Shown: positions 24,073-32,736 of the stretch, piece after piece | Numbering within the stretch: the first letter of the stretch is position 1 | Layout: the number at the start of each line of letters is the position of its first letter | Virus record (IMG/VR): IMGVR_UViG_3300037762_000215 | Coordinates: 1 to 32,804 of that record | Length of the DNA stretch: 32,804 bases | Direction: 5' to 3' (one strand) | Source: a virus | Taxonomy: Duplodnaviria; Caudoviricetes | Made by a program: the position numbers and the translations under genes | Notes under the pieces: model-generated | Databases searched by the model: none | The model's input: only the letters and a program-made list of their open reading frames with translations | What the model was told of the DNA's origin: nothing

Positions 24073-25485
24073 TTACACCCCCTGGTTGTACTTCGAACGG
24101 TTCGTGCGGTACGCCAGCCCCAGCACATCCCGCGACTCGTACAGGACCCCGCCGTCCACATCGGCCGCAGCATTCAGCAGATCCAGCAGGGCATCGGGCC
24201 GCTGCTGTCCCAGCTCCGGGGTGTCATCCAGCGAGCCATTCACCTGCAGTGGCACACCGTCCTCGGCGCATAGCCGCTCGATCCGCCGGCCCGCGAGCTC
24301 CCGGTCGTGGCCGAGCAGCGCCTGGTAGGTCAGTGCCGTATCCGGCGCGGTGTTCCAGTAGGTGATGTGCCCCAGCGCAAGGGGCTCGCTGTCGCCAAGC
24401 CATTCCCACCGGTATCTGATCTTGTACAGACCACGGAATACGTTCGCGGTTGTGCCGCTGGCCACTGTTTCCCCATCAATGGTCAGCGTCCAGTCGATAT
24501 TGCCGGCCCCGGCGTCCTCGGCGGCCAGCCGGATCATATGCGGGGAAAGATCAAAAATACCCGGACTCGGGTAAAGAACGAGCAGCGTCGAGGAGCTCGT
24601 TGTCTCTCCTAGGGTGGTGATAGACAGCAGCATTTGATCAGACGCCTGGTCGGTCTCTAGAGTCCAGGCCACCAGAGGATCGGCGTCTGAGCCCTCGCCA
24701 CTGTCTATCAGCGTCAGCAACTCGTACCTTCCCAGGCCTGACCGGTAGTGGTCGACCGCCCAGGAACTGATGCTGGCGAGCTGCAGGGTGGCGATGATGC
24801 GGCCCATGGTGTCGGCGGGCAGTTCGACCACTGGGCTGAGCCACGTTGCCAGAGTGCCGCGCGCCCAGTTCGGCTGCCCCTGGTAGAAGCTGCCGAATTC
24901 GCCGATTGGGCGCATCGGCTGCGCTCCTGCTGCGACCTCCGAGCCCTGCCGGGCATCCTCCCCATCCGTCAGCGGCCAGTACGCCAATGGCACGTTCAAC
25001 TGGATGTGACGGCGCAGGGCATCATGCGGGGGCGGCGAGTTCTGCTCGAGAGTACTGAGGATCCCGGCAGCGGTCACGATCACCTGGGCTTCGCCCGGAT
25101 AGCCGGCAGCCTCATCCGAGAGATCACCATAGGGCCAGACCGGTTCCCAGCTGGATACCCTGCCGACGAACCTGATGTACCAGGGCCCGTCCCACCGGAT
25201 GCTGAATCGCAGCGGGGTGCCCTCCACGATGTACGGGTAGTACGGGCTCTGCGCCCGGTCGGGGGTCAGGTCTCCGTCCGGGTTGTCCAGGACCAGGGAG
25301 ATCGATCCGGGCTGCGGATCACTCATCGCGTTCAGCTTGCCGTAGCTGATCTGGATCTGCTGGTCCAGATCAGCCGCATCACTGAGATCGGTCCAGTCCC
25401 ACAAGGCCTGGTCACCGGTGAGGTCGGCGCCGAAGGCCAGCTCGACGCGGACCTGCAGCTGGTCCGGAAATACCGTCACTACCAC
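24073..25485 (-). CDS. Minor tail (baseplate/tail-tip) protein
   Basis: Follows the tape measure gene; WTDLS, LDNPDGDLTP..SPYYP, LAYWPL, RIERLC..G, DGGVLYESR. Confidence 0.85.
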   Translation of the reverse strand: MVVTVFPDQLQVRVELAFGADLTGDQALWDWTDLSDAADLDQQIQISYGKLNAMSDPQPGSISLVLDNPDGDLTPDRAQSPYYPYIVEGTPLRFSIRWDGPWYIRFVGRVSSWEPVWPYGDLSDEAAGYPGEAQVIVTAAGILSTLEQNSPPPHDALRRHIQLNVPLAYWPLTDGEDARQGSEVAAGAQPMRPIGEFGSFYQGQPNWARGTLATWLSPVVELPADTMGRIIATLQLASISSWAVDHYRSGLGRYELLTLIDSGEGSDADPLVAWTLETDQASDQMLLSITTLGETTSSSTLLVLYPSPGIFDLSPHMIRLAAEDAGAGNIDWTLTIDGETVASGTTANVFRGLYKIRYRWEWLGDSEPLALGHITYWNTAPDTALTYQALLGHDRELAGRRIERLCAEDGVPLQVNGSLDDTPELGQQRPDALLDLLNAAADVDGGVLYESRDVLGLAYRTNRSKYNQGV

Positions 25486-25488
25486 AGG

Positions 25489-27798
25489 TCACCTCCTGCG
25501 CTGGCCATAAGTTTTTTGCACACTGCCGCCGCCCTGCACACGGGTGTTGTCCCGCAGCCACTCCGCAAGGGCCCGGTGAAGCCCGGTGCCGTCGATGACC
25601 ACCATGGGGCCCGCGGCCGCGGCCACTCGCCCGCCGCCGCCGGCTGCAGCGGGCAGAGCAGGTATGGCCGCAGCGGCGGTCAGTTCACCCATCGCGGTGA
25701 TCTCGCCGAGCCCGGTACGCCAGCCCTCGACGATGCCGGCGGGAATCCACCGGCCGACCAGGTCGGCCATCACCTTCGAAGGGCTGCCGATCCCAAGAGC
25801 GTCGGCGATCGGCCCGGGAATCTGGTTTCTGACCCACGAGATGAGCTGGCTGCGCAGCCAGCCGCCCATGGAGACGATGCCGTTCCATATGCCGCTCACC
25901 ACGTCGCGGCCCTTGTTGTACAGCAGGCCCTTCAGGGAACCCACAGCGCTGGAGATCTTCCCGGGCAGGCCGCGCAGATCCGCGACCAGCTTGCTGACGC
26001 GGTCGCTGACAGCCTGGCGGGCCGAGTTCATCGAGTCCCGGATCTTGCCGTAGATCCAGTTCCATGCCGTGGCGACGCTGTTCCTGATGCTCTGCCACGA
26101 CCTGGACATGGTGCCGGCGATGGTGGACAGCGCACTGGAGATGCCGTTTCTCAGCAGCGTCATGGCGCCGCTGACCAGGGCGCCGATCGCCTTGAACACT
26201 CCGCCGATGATCGTCTCGATGCCGTTCCACACCTGCGACCAGTCGCCCCGGATCAGGGCGGTGACGGTCTGGATGACGCCGCGCACAACCTGCAGGGCGC
26301 CACTGGTGAAGCCGGAGATCGTGGTCCACGCGGTGACGACAGTGCGCATGATGTCCTCGCCCCACCGGTCCCACACGGCTTTGATCAGCGCGGCAGCAGC
26401 GGTGATGATCTGGCCGATCTTGGTGAGGGTCTGCTCGATGACGGTGCGGATGCTGCTCATCGACATGCCGGAACCGGCGGCCATGTCAGCGAACGTGGAC
26501 TTCGCGTCGTTGATGATGCTCTTGATGGTGTCGAAGGCGGGACGGATCGTCTCCACGAATCCGGCGAAGTCGATGCCATCGAACAGGCGTCCCAGGAAGT
26601 TCTTGAAGTTCTCGGCGGCTGGGATGACTGTTCCGCCCAGGAATTCCACGAAGCCCTGGGTGAGCTGCCGCTTGAACGCCTCGACCTTGGTGCCGGCGTT
26701 GTCCCGCAGCGCGTCGCCCATCTCATCGGCGGCCCCGCCCACCTTGCCCAGGGCGTCCGTCGCGGTCGAGGGATCCAGCGCGAGCAGCGCGAGCTGCATG
26801 TCCTCGCTCTTGGTGCCGAACAGCTCGGCCGCGGCGGCGTCCCGCTTGACCGGATCCTCCATGGCGCGCAGCGCATCAAGGGTCATCTGCAGCGCTTGGG
26901 TGGCCTTGGGTCCGCCCTGGCTGAGGAGAGAGATCATCTCCCCGCTGCTCAGCCCGACAGCGGCGAATCCGTCGACCATCTTCTGCGACCCGGCGACACC
27001 TTCGATGGTGAACTCTTTGAGCGCATCGGCGACCACGTCGGTATCCCGCGCGCCCGCCTTCAGACCCTGGGACAGCAACCCGGTGGCCGTGGTCGCATCG
27101 AACCCCAGCCGCTGGAAGATCACCGAGTACTCATTGAAGGTGTCGGCGATGTCGTCGGCGCGCGGCCCCATCTCCTGCAGACCACGGGTGATGACGTCCA
27201 GCGCGGTCTGCGCATTGGGCGCCAGCCCGGTCTTCATGATCTGACCCACAGCGTTCGCGGCCTGGCCCAGATCCAGCTCGAACGTCGACGACAGGTCCGA
27301 GACCTTGGTCGCGATCGACTCCAGCTGTGCGTTCGTCGCGCCGGGCGGAGTCAGCCCGGCCCGCATGGTCGCGGAGATCGCGTCGGCCGCGCCCTGGAAA
27401 TCCTCGGTGATGGCGTTGGCGTACAGGGATCCGGCGACCTTGCCGATCTTCTCGGCCTCGGCCGGTGTCGCACCGAGCTGGGCCTGCAGGCGCCCGACGA
27501 TCCGGGACTGGTCCATGGCCTCGCTCAGGCCCGCCGCCAGCGCCGCCCCGGCAGCTATGCCGATCGCGGCGAGTCCGCCCTTGAGCGCCCCGAATCTGCT
27601 CGTGGCCGCATCGGCGCCGCCTCGTGCGCCACTGTCGGCACCGGACCGCAGGCCCTGGCCGATGCCATCACCAGCGGTCTGTCCGGCCTGCCGCGCCGGG
27701 CCGCGCAGCGCATCGTCCATCAGCCGCTGCGCCTCGCTGGCGAACCCTCGCATGGAGGGCACGAGCCGTACGAAACCGACGCCGACCTCAGTCGCCAT
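25489..27798 (-). CDS. Tape measure protein
   Basis: MATEVGVGFVRLVPSMRGF N-terminus, Ala/Gly-rich helical body, periodic Trp repeats, GIGSPSKVM. Confidence 0.95.
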   Translation of the reverse strand: MATEVGVGFVRLVPSMRGFASEAQRLMDDALRGPARQAGQTAGDGIGQGLRSGADSGARGGADAATSRFGALKGGLAAIGIAAGAALAAGLSEAMDQSRIVGRLQAQLGATPAEAEKIGKVAGSLYANAITEDFQGAADAISATMRAGLTPPGATNAQLESIATKVSDLSSTFELDLGQAANAVGQIMKTGLAPNAQTALDVITRGLQEMGPRADDIADTFNEYSVIFQRLGFDATTATGLLSQGLKAGARDTDVVADALKEFTIEGVAGSQKMVDGFAAVGLSSGEMISLLSQGGPKATQALQMTLDALRAMEDPVKRDAAAAELFGTKSEDMQLALLALDPSTATDALGKVGGAADEMGDALRDNAGTKVEAFKRQLTQGFVEFLGGTVIPAAENFKNFLGRLFDGIDFAGFVETIRPAFDTIKSIINDAKSTFADMAAGSGMSMSSIRTVIEQTLTKIGQIITAAAALIKAVWDRWGEDIMRTVVTAWTTISGFTSGALQVVRGVIQTVTALIRGDWSQVWNGIETIIGGVFKAIGALVSGAMTLLRNGISSALSTIAGTMSRSWQSIRNSVATAWNWIYGKIRDSMNSARQAVSDRVSKLVADLRGLPGKISSAVGSLKGLLYNKGRDVVSGIWNGIVSMGGWLRSQLISWVRNQIPGPIADALGIGSPSKVMADLVGRWIPAGIVEGWRTGLGEITAMGELTAAAAIPALPAAAGGGGRVAAAAGPMVVIDGTGLHRALAEWLRDNTRVQGGGSVQKTYGQRRR

Positions 27799-27827
27799 GG
27801 GAGGTCACCTCCCATCAGTGTGGTGAT

Positions 27828-28534
27828 TCAGGTGGTGGCCGGGCGCCGGGGCGCGGGGCCGATCCGGTCGAGGTAGGCGGCGGTCTCTGTGCGCGAGCGC
27901 GTGGTCTTCTTGCCGCCGTAGGTGACACCCTGCGGGCGGGCCAGCGGGCTGATGGGCTTGGGCCGGTTGCGGTTCTTCTGGCCGTCCTTGGTGCGCTGCC
28001 AGTTCGCGATACGCAGCGCGTCCACGGCCAGTGCGAGCAGATGCTGTTCGCGGGTCCAGCCGTCGCCGCCGAGTGCGCGGGCCGTCAGCGAGGCGGGTTC
28101 ATGGCGCAGGGCGCGCAGGCAGGCCGCCAGCCGCCACACGGGCAGCGTCTCGATGTCGATTCCGCGCAGGCTCAGGTCTGCTTCCGCTGCTTCGTAGCGG
28201 CTCGTTTCGGCGAGGACGTAGAGGACCTCGCCGATTTTTTTCCCGCGTCCTCACCCTGCCTCAGCCATGCTCGCATGACCTGTCCGGTCACGGCCGGCGG
28301 CATGTCCATCAGCGCCTCATAGGCGTCGGCGGGCCACAGCTCGGCCAGGTAATCCAGCGCCTCAGGGCCGTCGGTCTGCTCGAGGGTGTGGAACCGTTTG
28401 AGCTGCCGGGTCTGCAGGCACAGCGGGTGGGGGACGTCATGGCGGGTGCCGTGCCATTCGAAGCAGAACGGTTCGTGGCCCGGCTCAGCCGCGGCCCGGT
28501 CGGCCGCGGCGTCGGCGTCGAAGACGGTGGACAT
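27828..28534 (-). CDS. Tail assembly chaperone, long (-1 frameshift) form
   Basis: Slippery GGGAAAAAAA at 28244-28235; the -1 frame continues IGEVLYVLAETSRYEAAEADL...WTREQHLLA...ANWQR to the stop at 27828. Confidence 0.8.
28172..28534 (-). CDS. Tail assembly chaperone, short form
   Basis: AAGGAG RBS; between the major tail and tape measure genes; ends GKKSARSSTSS. Confidence 0.85.
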   Translation of the reverse strand: MSTVFDADAAADRAAAEPGHEPFCFEWHGTRHDVPHPLCLQTRQLKRFHTLEQTDGPEALDYLAELWPADAYEALMDMPPAVTGQVMRAWLRQGEDAGKKSARSSTSSPKRAATKQRKQT

Positions 28535-28566
28535 GGTTCTCCTTGTGCGGGTGCGGAAAGCGCGGG

Positions 28567-28605
28567 CTGTCCCGGGGCGCGTCCGCACGCCGCGTCCCGG
28601 GACAG
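28567..28605. terminator. Hairpin after the major tail gene
   Basis: CTGTCCCGGG.CGCG / CGCG.CCCGGGACAG. Confidence 0.5.
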
Positions 28606-28612
28606 GTCTTCA

Positions 28613-29194
28613 TCAGGACACTTCGAGGTCCTCGCCCCACGCGGCATCGTTGGACCACTTCACGGCGAGGTTGCCGTCCGCGTCGGGGTAGGCGGTCAGG
28701 GTGATCGGGTAGCCGATCGGCTCCCCCGCCGCGTACATGACCTCGCCGCGTTCGGTGATCTCGGCGTTGCCCAGGTAGATCCGGATGGGGATGTCGCCGT
28801 CGAAGACGTCGAAGACCCAGGTCCGCAGGTCCACGCCGCGCGGCTTGACTTCCAGTTGGAAGATGCCGGGGGAGGGCTCGGCCATCGTCGAGCCGGGGTG
28901 GAAGGTTTCCAGGACGCTGCCGCGGGTCTGGATCAGGGTGAAGGCGATCTGCATCACGGACTCGGTCAGAGCCGAGCGGACCACGGTCGATCCCTGCCAC
29001 GCCACGATGGTGTCCGTGGAATCGTCATGGGTCTCGGTCAGGCCGTCCTCGGAGGCGTAGCCGAGCTCGGCGTACTCGGGGTCCAGGACGCTGGTGGGGC
29101 TGGTCGGGGCGGGCAGCACGCCGGGGGCGTCGCCGCGGTAGATCCGGCTCAGTGCGCCGGCGCCTACCCGGACTTCAGTGGCGTCGAGGGTCAT
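28613..29194 (-). CDS. Major tail protein
   Basis: LGYASEDG, IVAWQG..VR, EITERGEV.Y, GYPITLTAYPD. Confidence 0.9.
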   Translation of the reverse strand: MTLDATEVRVGAGALSRIYRGDAPGVLPAPTSPTSVLDPEYAELGYASEDGLTETHDDSTDTIVAWQGSTVVRSALTESVMQIAFTLIQTRGSVLETFHPGSTMAEPSPGIFQLEVKPRGVDLRTWVFDVFDGDIPIRIYLGNAEITERGEVMYAAGEPIGYPITLTAYPDADGNLAVKWSNDAAWGEDLEVS

Positions 29195-29259
29195 CGTCAT
29201 TCCTTTCGGGGGATGCGGGGTCACCCGGGCGCGGATCCGGGGGGCGGCTGGCGGGTAGG

Positions 29260-29670
29260 TCAGCTGGCGGGCGGGGCCGGGTTGATCGCGTCGTCGGCGC
29301 GCAGCGTGAGCTCGTAGGTGGCCCATACCCGGGGCGTGCCCGATACCGGGTCGTCGCTCTGGCGGGGGCCCATGAACTCGGCCACGCGGTAGCAGGTGAC
29401 GCCGAGCAGCGTGGTTCCCGACAGGGCCCAGACCGCTTTGCGGGTCTCGAGGGCCAGGGTCATGGCCTCGGGATCGGTGTCGTGCCAGGAGAAGAAGTCC
29501 AGTCGGGCCACGTCCCGCACCGGAGGGAACGCGGGGCCGCCGACGCGGCGGACCTGATGGAACGGGGGCCGCGGCGCGGAGTCCTGCGGCACCCGCGATA
29601 TCACGGGTACGGGGTCCAGGATCGGGACGAGATAGTTGATCACGAGGCCGACGGCGTCGGGCCATGCCAT
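29260..29670 (-). CDS. Tail terminator
   Basis: WPDA...VP...V.RVGGP...D...GP....DP....R. Confidence 0.8.
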   Translation of the reverse strand: MAWPDAVGLVINYLVPILDPVPVISRVPQDSAPRPPFHQVRRVGGPAFPPVRDVARLDFFSWHDTDPEAMTLALETRKAVWALSGTTLLGVTCYRVAEFMGPRQSDDPVSGTPRVWATYELTLRADDAINPAPPAS

Positions 29671-29673
29671 GTG

Positions 29674-29955
29674 TCAGCCCCTTGCCGCGTCGATGGACTG
29701 GCCCAGCGGACGGTCCCGGGTCTCGACCTCCATGGGCACACCGATGACGGTAGCGCCGGCGCGGCCGCGGCCGGTGTAGGAGTCGGCGATGATCCCGTCG
29801 TCGCCGCCCAGGACGCCCCGGTCGGTGCGGCCGCGTACCGCGGCGGCGACGCGTTCGGCCCGGGCCAGCAGATCCATGCGGACATCGTCGGAGCGCAGCA
29901 GCTCTTTCGCCCCGCGCGAGTTCAGCCGGAATCGTTCCAGTCCGCCATCCGCCAT
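29674..29955 (-). CDS. Neck/tail-completion protein (HK97 gp10-like position)
   Basis: FRLNSRG.KELLRS...RA.RVAAA...RA; synteny. Confidence 0.7.
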   Translation of the reverse strand: MADGGLERFRLNSRGAKELLRSDDVRMDLLARAERVAAAVRGRTDRGVLGGDDGIIADSYTGRGRAGATVIGVPMEVETRDRPLGQSIDAARG

Positions 29956-29971
29956 GGCGCTCTCCTTCGCA

Positions 29972-30331
29972 TCAGCCTGTGATCAGGTGCAGCCCGACCT
30001 CGGTGTGATGCAGGCCGCCCGGGCTGTAGGTGGGGGCCGGCGGCCCGTCGGTCTCGAAGATCAGTGGTCCGGCCGGGCCGTCCCACTCGAAGCGGTCCAG
30101 GGCCTGGACGTCCGCGTGATTGATGATCATCAGCCAGCGCTGGTCCTGCGCCGTACGACCGTCCGCGAGCTGCTCGCGGCGGGCGTTCTGCTGCAGCCAC
30201 GCCGCGACCTCGGTACGTGTCGCACCCGTCCCGTAGTCCAGGACCTCGTTGTTGTAGGTGTCCGTCGAGACGGCCGGCCGCACGATGGTCACGGTGTGCG
30301 GCATCAGATGCTCCGGTACCGCAGTACTCAT
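29972..30331 (-). CDS. Head-to-tail stopper
   Basis: TVTIVRP...D.Y.N...DY...A.DR.EW...FE.DG.P...HH.E. Confidence 0.8.
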   Translation of the reverse strand: MSTAVPEHLMPHTVTIVRPAVSTDTYNNEVLDYGTGATRTEVAAWLQQNARREQLADGRTAQDQRWLMIINHADVQALDRFEWDGPAGPLIFETDGPPAPTYSPGGLHHTEVGLHLITG

Positions 30332-30486
30332 GCGCTGTCCTGGTGGACGGCGTTGGCGACAGCCCTGAGGAAGTCGGCCATTGCTTGCCCCATCTCATCC
30401 GCCGAGTCAGCAGCGATCGTTCCGACCTGAAACTCCTCGCCATCTCCTACGCGGAAGTACACCGGCAGCTCGACCATCTCGGCCAC
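30328..30486 (-). CDS. Small acidic protein (52 aa, not in the ORF track)
   Basis: GTG start after GGGGA; MAEMVELPVYFRVGDGEEFQVGTIAADSADEMGQAMADFLRAVANAVHQDSA; ATGA overlap with the stopper gene. Confidence 0.6.
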   Translation of the reverse strand: MAEMVELPVYFRVGDGEEFQVGTIAADSADEMGQAMADFLRAVANAVHQDSA

Positions 30487-30489
30487 GGT

Positions 30490-30645
30490 CTATCCCCTGC
30501 CCCGGCGCTGGGCCGCCGCGATCTTGCGCTGCAGGTCGGCGATCTTCTTCTGGATCTTGGCGGTCTTACCCGGGTCCCGTTCCTTGGCGAGCTTGGCGTA
30601 TTCGCGCACGAGCTCGCGCTGCCAGCGCTCTGCGGCGGTACTCAT
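30490..30645 (-). CDS. Small basic helical protein (51 aa)
   Basis: GGAGGG RBS; MSTAAERWQRELVREYAKLAKERDPGKTAKIQKKIADLQRKIAAAQRRGRG. Confidence 0.65.
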   Translation of the reverse strand: MSTAAERWQRELVREYAKLAKERDPGKTAKIQKKIADLQRKIAAAQRRGRG

Positions 30646-30661
30646 GAGCCCTCCAGAGGGG

Positions 30662-31309
30662 TCATCGTGCTCTGGTCTGGATACTGCGGGCACGCCGGCG
30701 GAAGCGGCCGCGGTCGAGGTCGGCCTCGTCGTCTTTCGTCATCTGCACCGTGACGCCGGGGCTGCCACTGCTCTGCTGCAGCTGGTAGGTGTACTGGCCG
30801 ATCTTTTCGCTGACCATGCCCTGGACCAGGCTGGGCGCCAGCAGGGTGCGCAGCACCATCGTGGACACGACACCCACGATCAGGTCCGGGATGGTGGTGT
30901 AGCCGTGGTCGTAGGTGGCCAGGTAGGTGTCGGGTCCGCCCAGGCGCCACCAGGTGTCGACGACGTCGGCGGGGGTGTTCTCGTCGATGACGGGGACGGC
31001 CGGGCACAGGTCGATCGTGTCGATGCCGTCCCAGCACCAGCCGCTCAGTGTGAGGTCCGGCTGCCCGTCGCAGCCGATGGCCACGATGGAGGTGACCGCC
31101 AGGACCGGGCGTTGCGGCAGGATCAGCACGGTACCGACGGGGCGCAGGATGATCTCGTCGGCGAGGACCTGGTCGAAGTCCTGCCGGGTGTAGGCGCGGA
31201 CTCTGGCGGAGGCGTCGTTCAGGAGCACGGCTGCGCGGGTCTGCTCGGTCGCGGTGAGGGACCGGCCGAGCCGGGATTCCAGGTCGGCCTGGGTGGCGAG
31301 CGCGGCCAT
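30662..31309 (-). CDS. Head-to-tail adaptor
   Basis: LATQADLESRLGR.L...RA..LL.DAS..VR.YT...LPQRPV...TYDHGY..IP...EKIG.Y.Y. Confidence 0.9.
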   Translation of the reverse strand: MAALATQADLESRLGRSLTATEQTRAAVLLNDASARVRAYTRQDFDQVLADEIILRPVGTVLILPQRPVLAVTSIVAIGCDGQPDLTLSGWCWDGIDTIDLCPAVPVIDENTPADVVDTWWRLGGPDTYLATYDHGYTTIPDLIVGVVSTMVLRTLLAPSLVQGMVSEKIGQYTYQLQQSSGSPGVTVQMTKDDEADLDRGRFRRRARSIQTRAR

Positions 31310-32151
31310 CAGCTCACTCCCGCCGTCCGGGCGCGGCGGGCGTCGATCCGCCGCTGCACGGTCTCACGCCGGGCCCGGGCTTCAGCCTGGCGCCGTTCGA
31401 TAGCCTGCTGCCGCATCAGCTTCAGCCGTTCGGCACGTTGGCGTCCGTTCTGCCGCCGCGCCGCGGCCGCAGGAACAGGGGCTGCAAGAGCAGTGGCCGG
31501 TCCCGGGGTGCTCATGATGACGGTGCCGCGGCTGAAATCCAGGTCGAGGGCGGAGATGTCCTCACCGAGGAAATCGTGCGCGATGCGGCCGCCGCCGTGG
31601 CCGCACAGGGAAGGTACTTCCCGGTGATCGATGAGGGAGGGCCAGGTGCACCAGGTGGGCCAGCGCAGGACTTCCAGGAAGTACCGGCCGATGCGGCGGT
31701 CGTAGTTCGGGTAGGTCTGGCGGTCGCACCAGGGCAGCATCTGCGGGATGACCGGTACGGGGGCGAGGATACTGACTCCCCAGTTCAGGCCGCGCATCAC
31801 GATCCAGGCCGCATCCGCTTGCCGGGCCGTCGCGACGGCGCGTTCGACTTTGGCGGCCATCGGCCGCCGTGTCCCCACGTAGGGGGAGACGATTGCCTCG
31901 GCGGGCACATGATCCAGGCCCTGCTCGAGGGCGGGGACCAGATCCCGGCACACCCTGGCATCGTCCTGTACCACCAGGTGGTGCGTGGCCTGCGGGTCGT
32001 GTGCCTCCCACGCGCGTCTGCCGGTGTCCCACCGGTTGTCGTGCCGGTCCCACACCACCTGATCGTCGTTGATCCCCAGCTGCTCGACCAGGCCTTCGAC
32101 GAGGTGGGCCCGGTTGCGGTGGGCCATCACCGCCACGGACAGACGCGCCAT
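31309..32151 (-). CDS. Putative GT-A fold glycosyltransferase
   Basis: LSVAVMAH..R N-terminal strand, HLVVQDDA (xDD metal motif), YD..IG, PSLIDH..PSL.GH; basic C-terminal helix. Confidence 0.7.
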   Translation of the reverse strand: MARLSVAVMAHRNRAHLVEGLVEQLGINDDQVVWDRHDNRWDTGRRAWEAHDPQATHHLVVQDDARVCRDLVPALEQGLDHVPAEAIVSPYVGTRRPMAAKVERAVATARQADAAWIVMRGLNWGVSILAPVPVIPQMLPWCDRQTYPNYDRRIGRYFLEVLRWPTWCTWPSLIDHREVPSLCGHGGGRIAHDFLGEDISALDLDFSRGTVIMSTPGPATALAAPVPAAAARRQNGRQRAERLKLMRQQAIERRQAEARARRETVQRRIDARRARTAGVS

Positions 32152-32154
32152 CGC

Positions 32155-32736
32155 TCACACCTCCTCTTTGCGGTACAGGAAGAAACCGGCCGCCTGCGGG
32201 CTGGGGCGCGGCGGTTCCTCGATCAGCCGCCAGGCGGGGAAACGGGCGGCGATGTCGGGGGTGAAGTGCCGGCGCATCACGTGCCGGGCTGTGCGGCCGC
32301 CGTCATAGTCCGTGGCATAGATCAGCACCAGCCGCCAGGCTGAGGCGAACAGCCGGTCCAGATAGGCGTGGTAGTCGGTGTCGTCGGGGAAGTGGAAGAG
32401 GACGTCCATGGACAGGGCCATGTCCGCGGTGGCATGTGCGGCGTCGCCGGCGTGGCAGAACTGGCGGTCGGGATGCTCCTTGCGGACCTTGGCCAGGATT
32501 GTGGCGGATACGTCCACGCCCAGGTAGCCGACGTCCTCCGTGATGTGGTCGAGGACCTGCCCGTCGCCGCATCCCCAGTCGACGACCGACGCGACGCCGT
32601 GCCGGTCGATGACGTCGTTGACGAACTGGGCCTTCGCGCGGCCGGTTTCGCCGCGGCTGCCCTCGCCGCTGTCGCGGCCTTCGCGGTAGCGGGCCTCCCA
32701 GTAAGAGGCCGGGCTGAACGGGCGCGGCCGGATCAT
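32155..32736 (-). CDS. Class I SAM-dependent methyltransferase
   Basis: YWE.RY..G.DSG.GS, VVDWGCGDG, YLGVDVS, DVLFH. Confidence 0.9.
   Translation of the reverse strand: MIRPRPFSPASYWEARYREGRDSGEGSRGETGRAKAQFVNDVIDRHGVASVVDWGCGDGQVLDHITEDVGYLGVDVSATILAKVRKEHPDRQFCHAGDAAHATADMALSMDVLFHFPDDTDYHAYLDRLFASAWRLVLIYATDYDGGRTARHVMRRHFTPDIAARFPAWRLIEEPPRPSPQAAGFFLYRKEEV

Noticed and set aside
20843-25485. Diversity-generating retroelement or invertible tail cassette
   Set aside because: No reverse transcriptase, no template/variable repeat pair and no invertase seen in the window
24748-27876. 1042-aa plus-strand ORF (likewise 22451-24328, 12944-14416, 7741-9045)
   Set aside because: Antisense shadows of real minus-strand genes; stop codons are rare in high-GC DNA and no motifs are recognisable
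28613-29665. 350-aa major tail protein as given in the ORF track (likewise extended starts for 53-619, 507-1358, 9283-10005, 19171-19626)
   Set aside because: The N-terminal extensions overlap other real genes; downstream starts with RBS or coupling overlaps fit better
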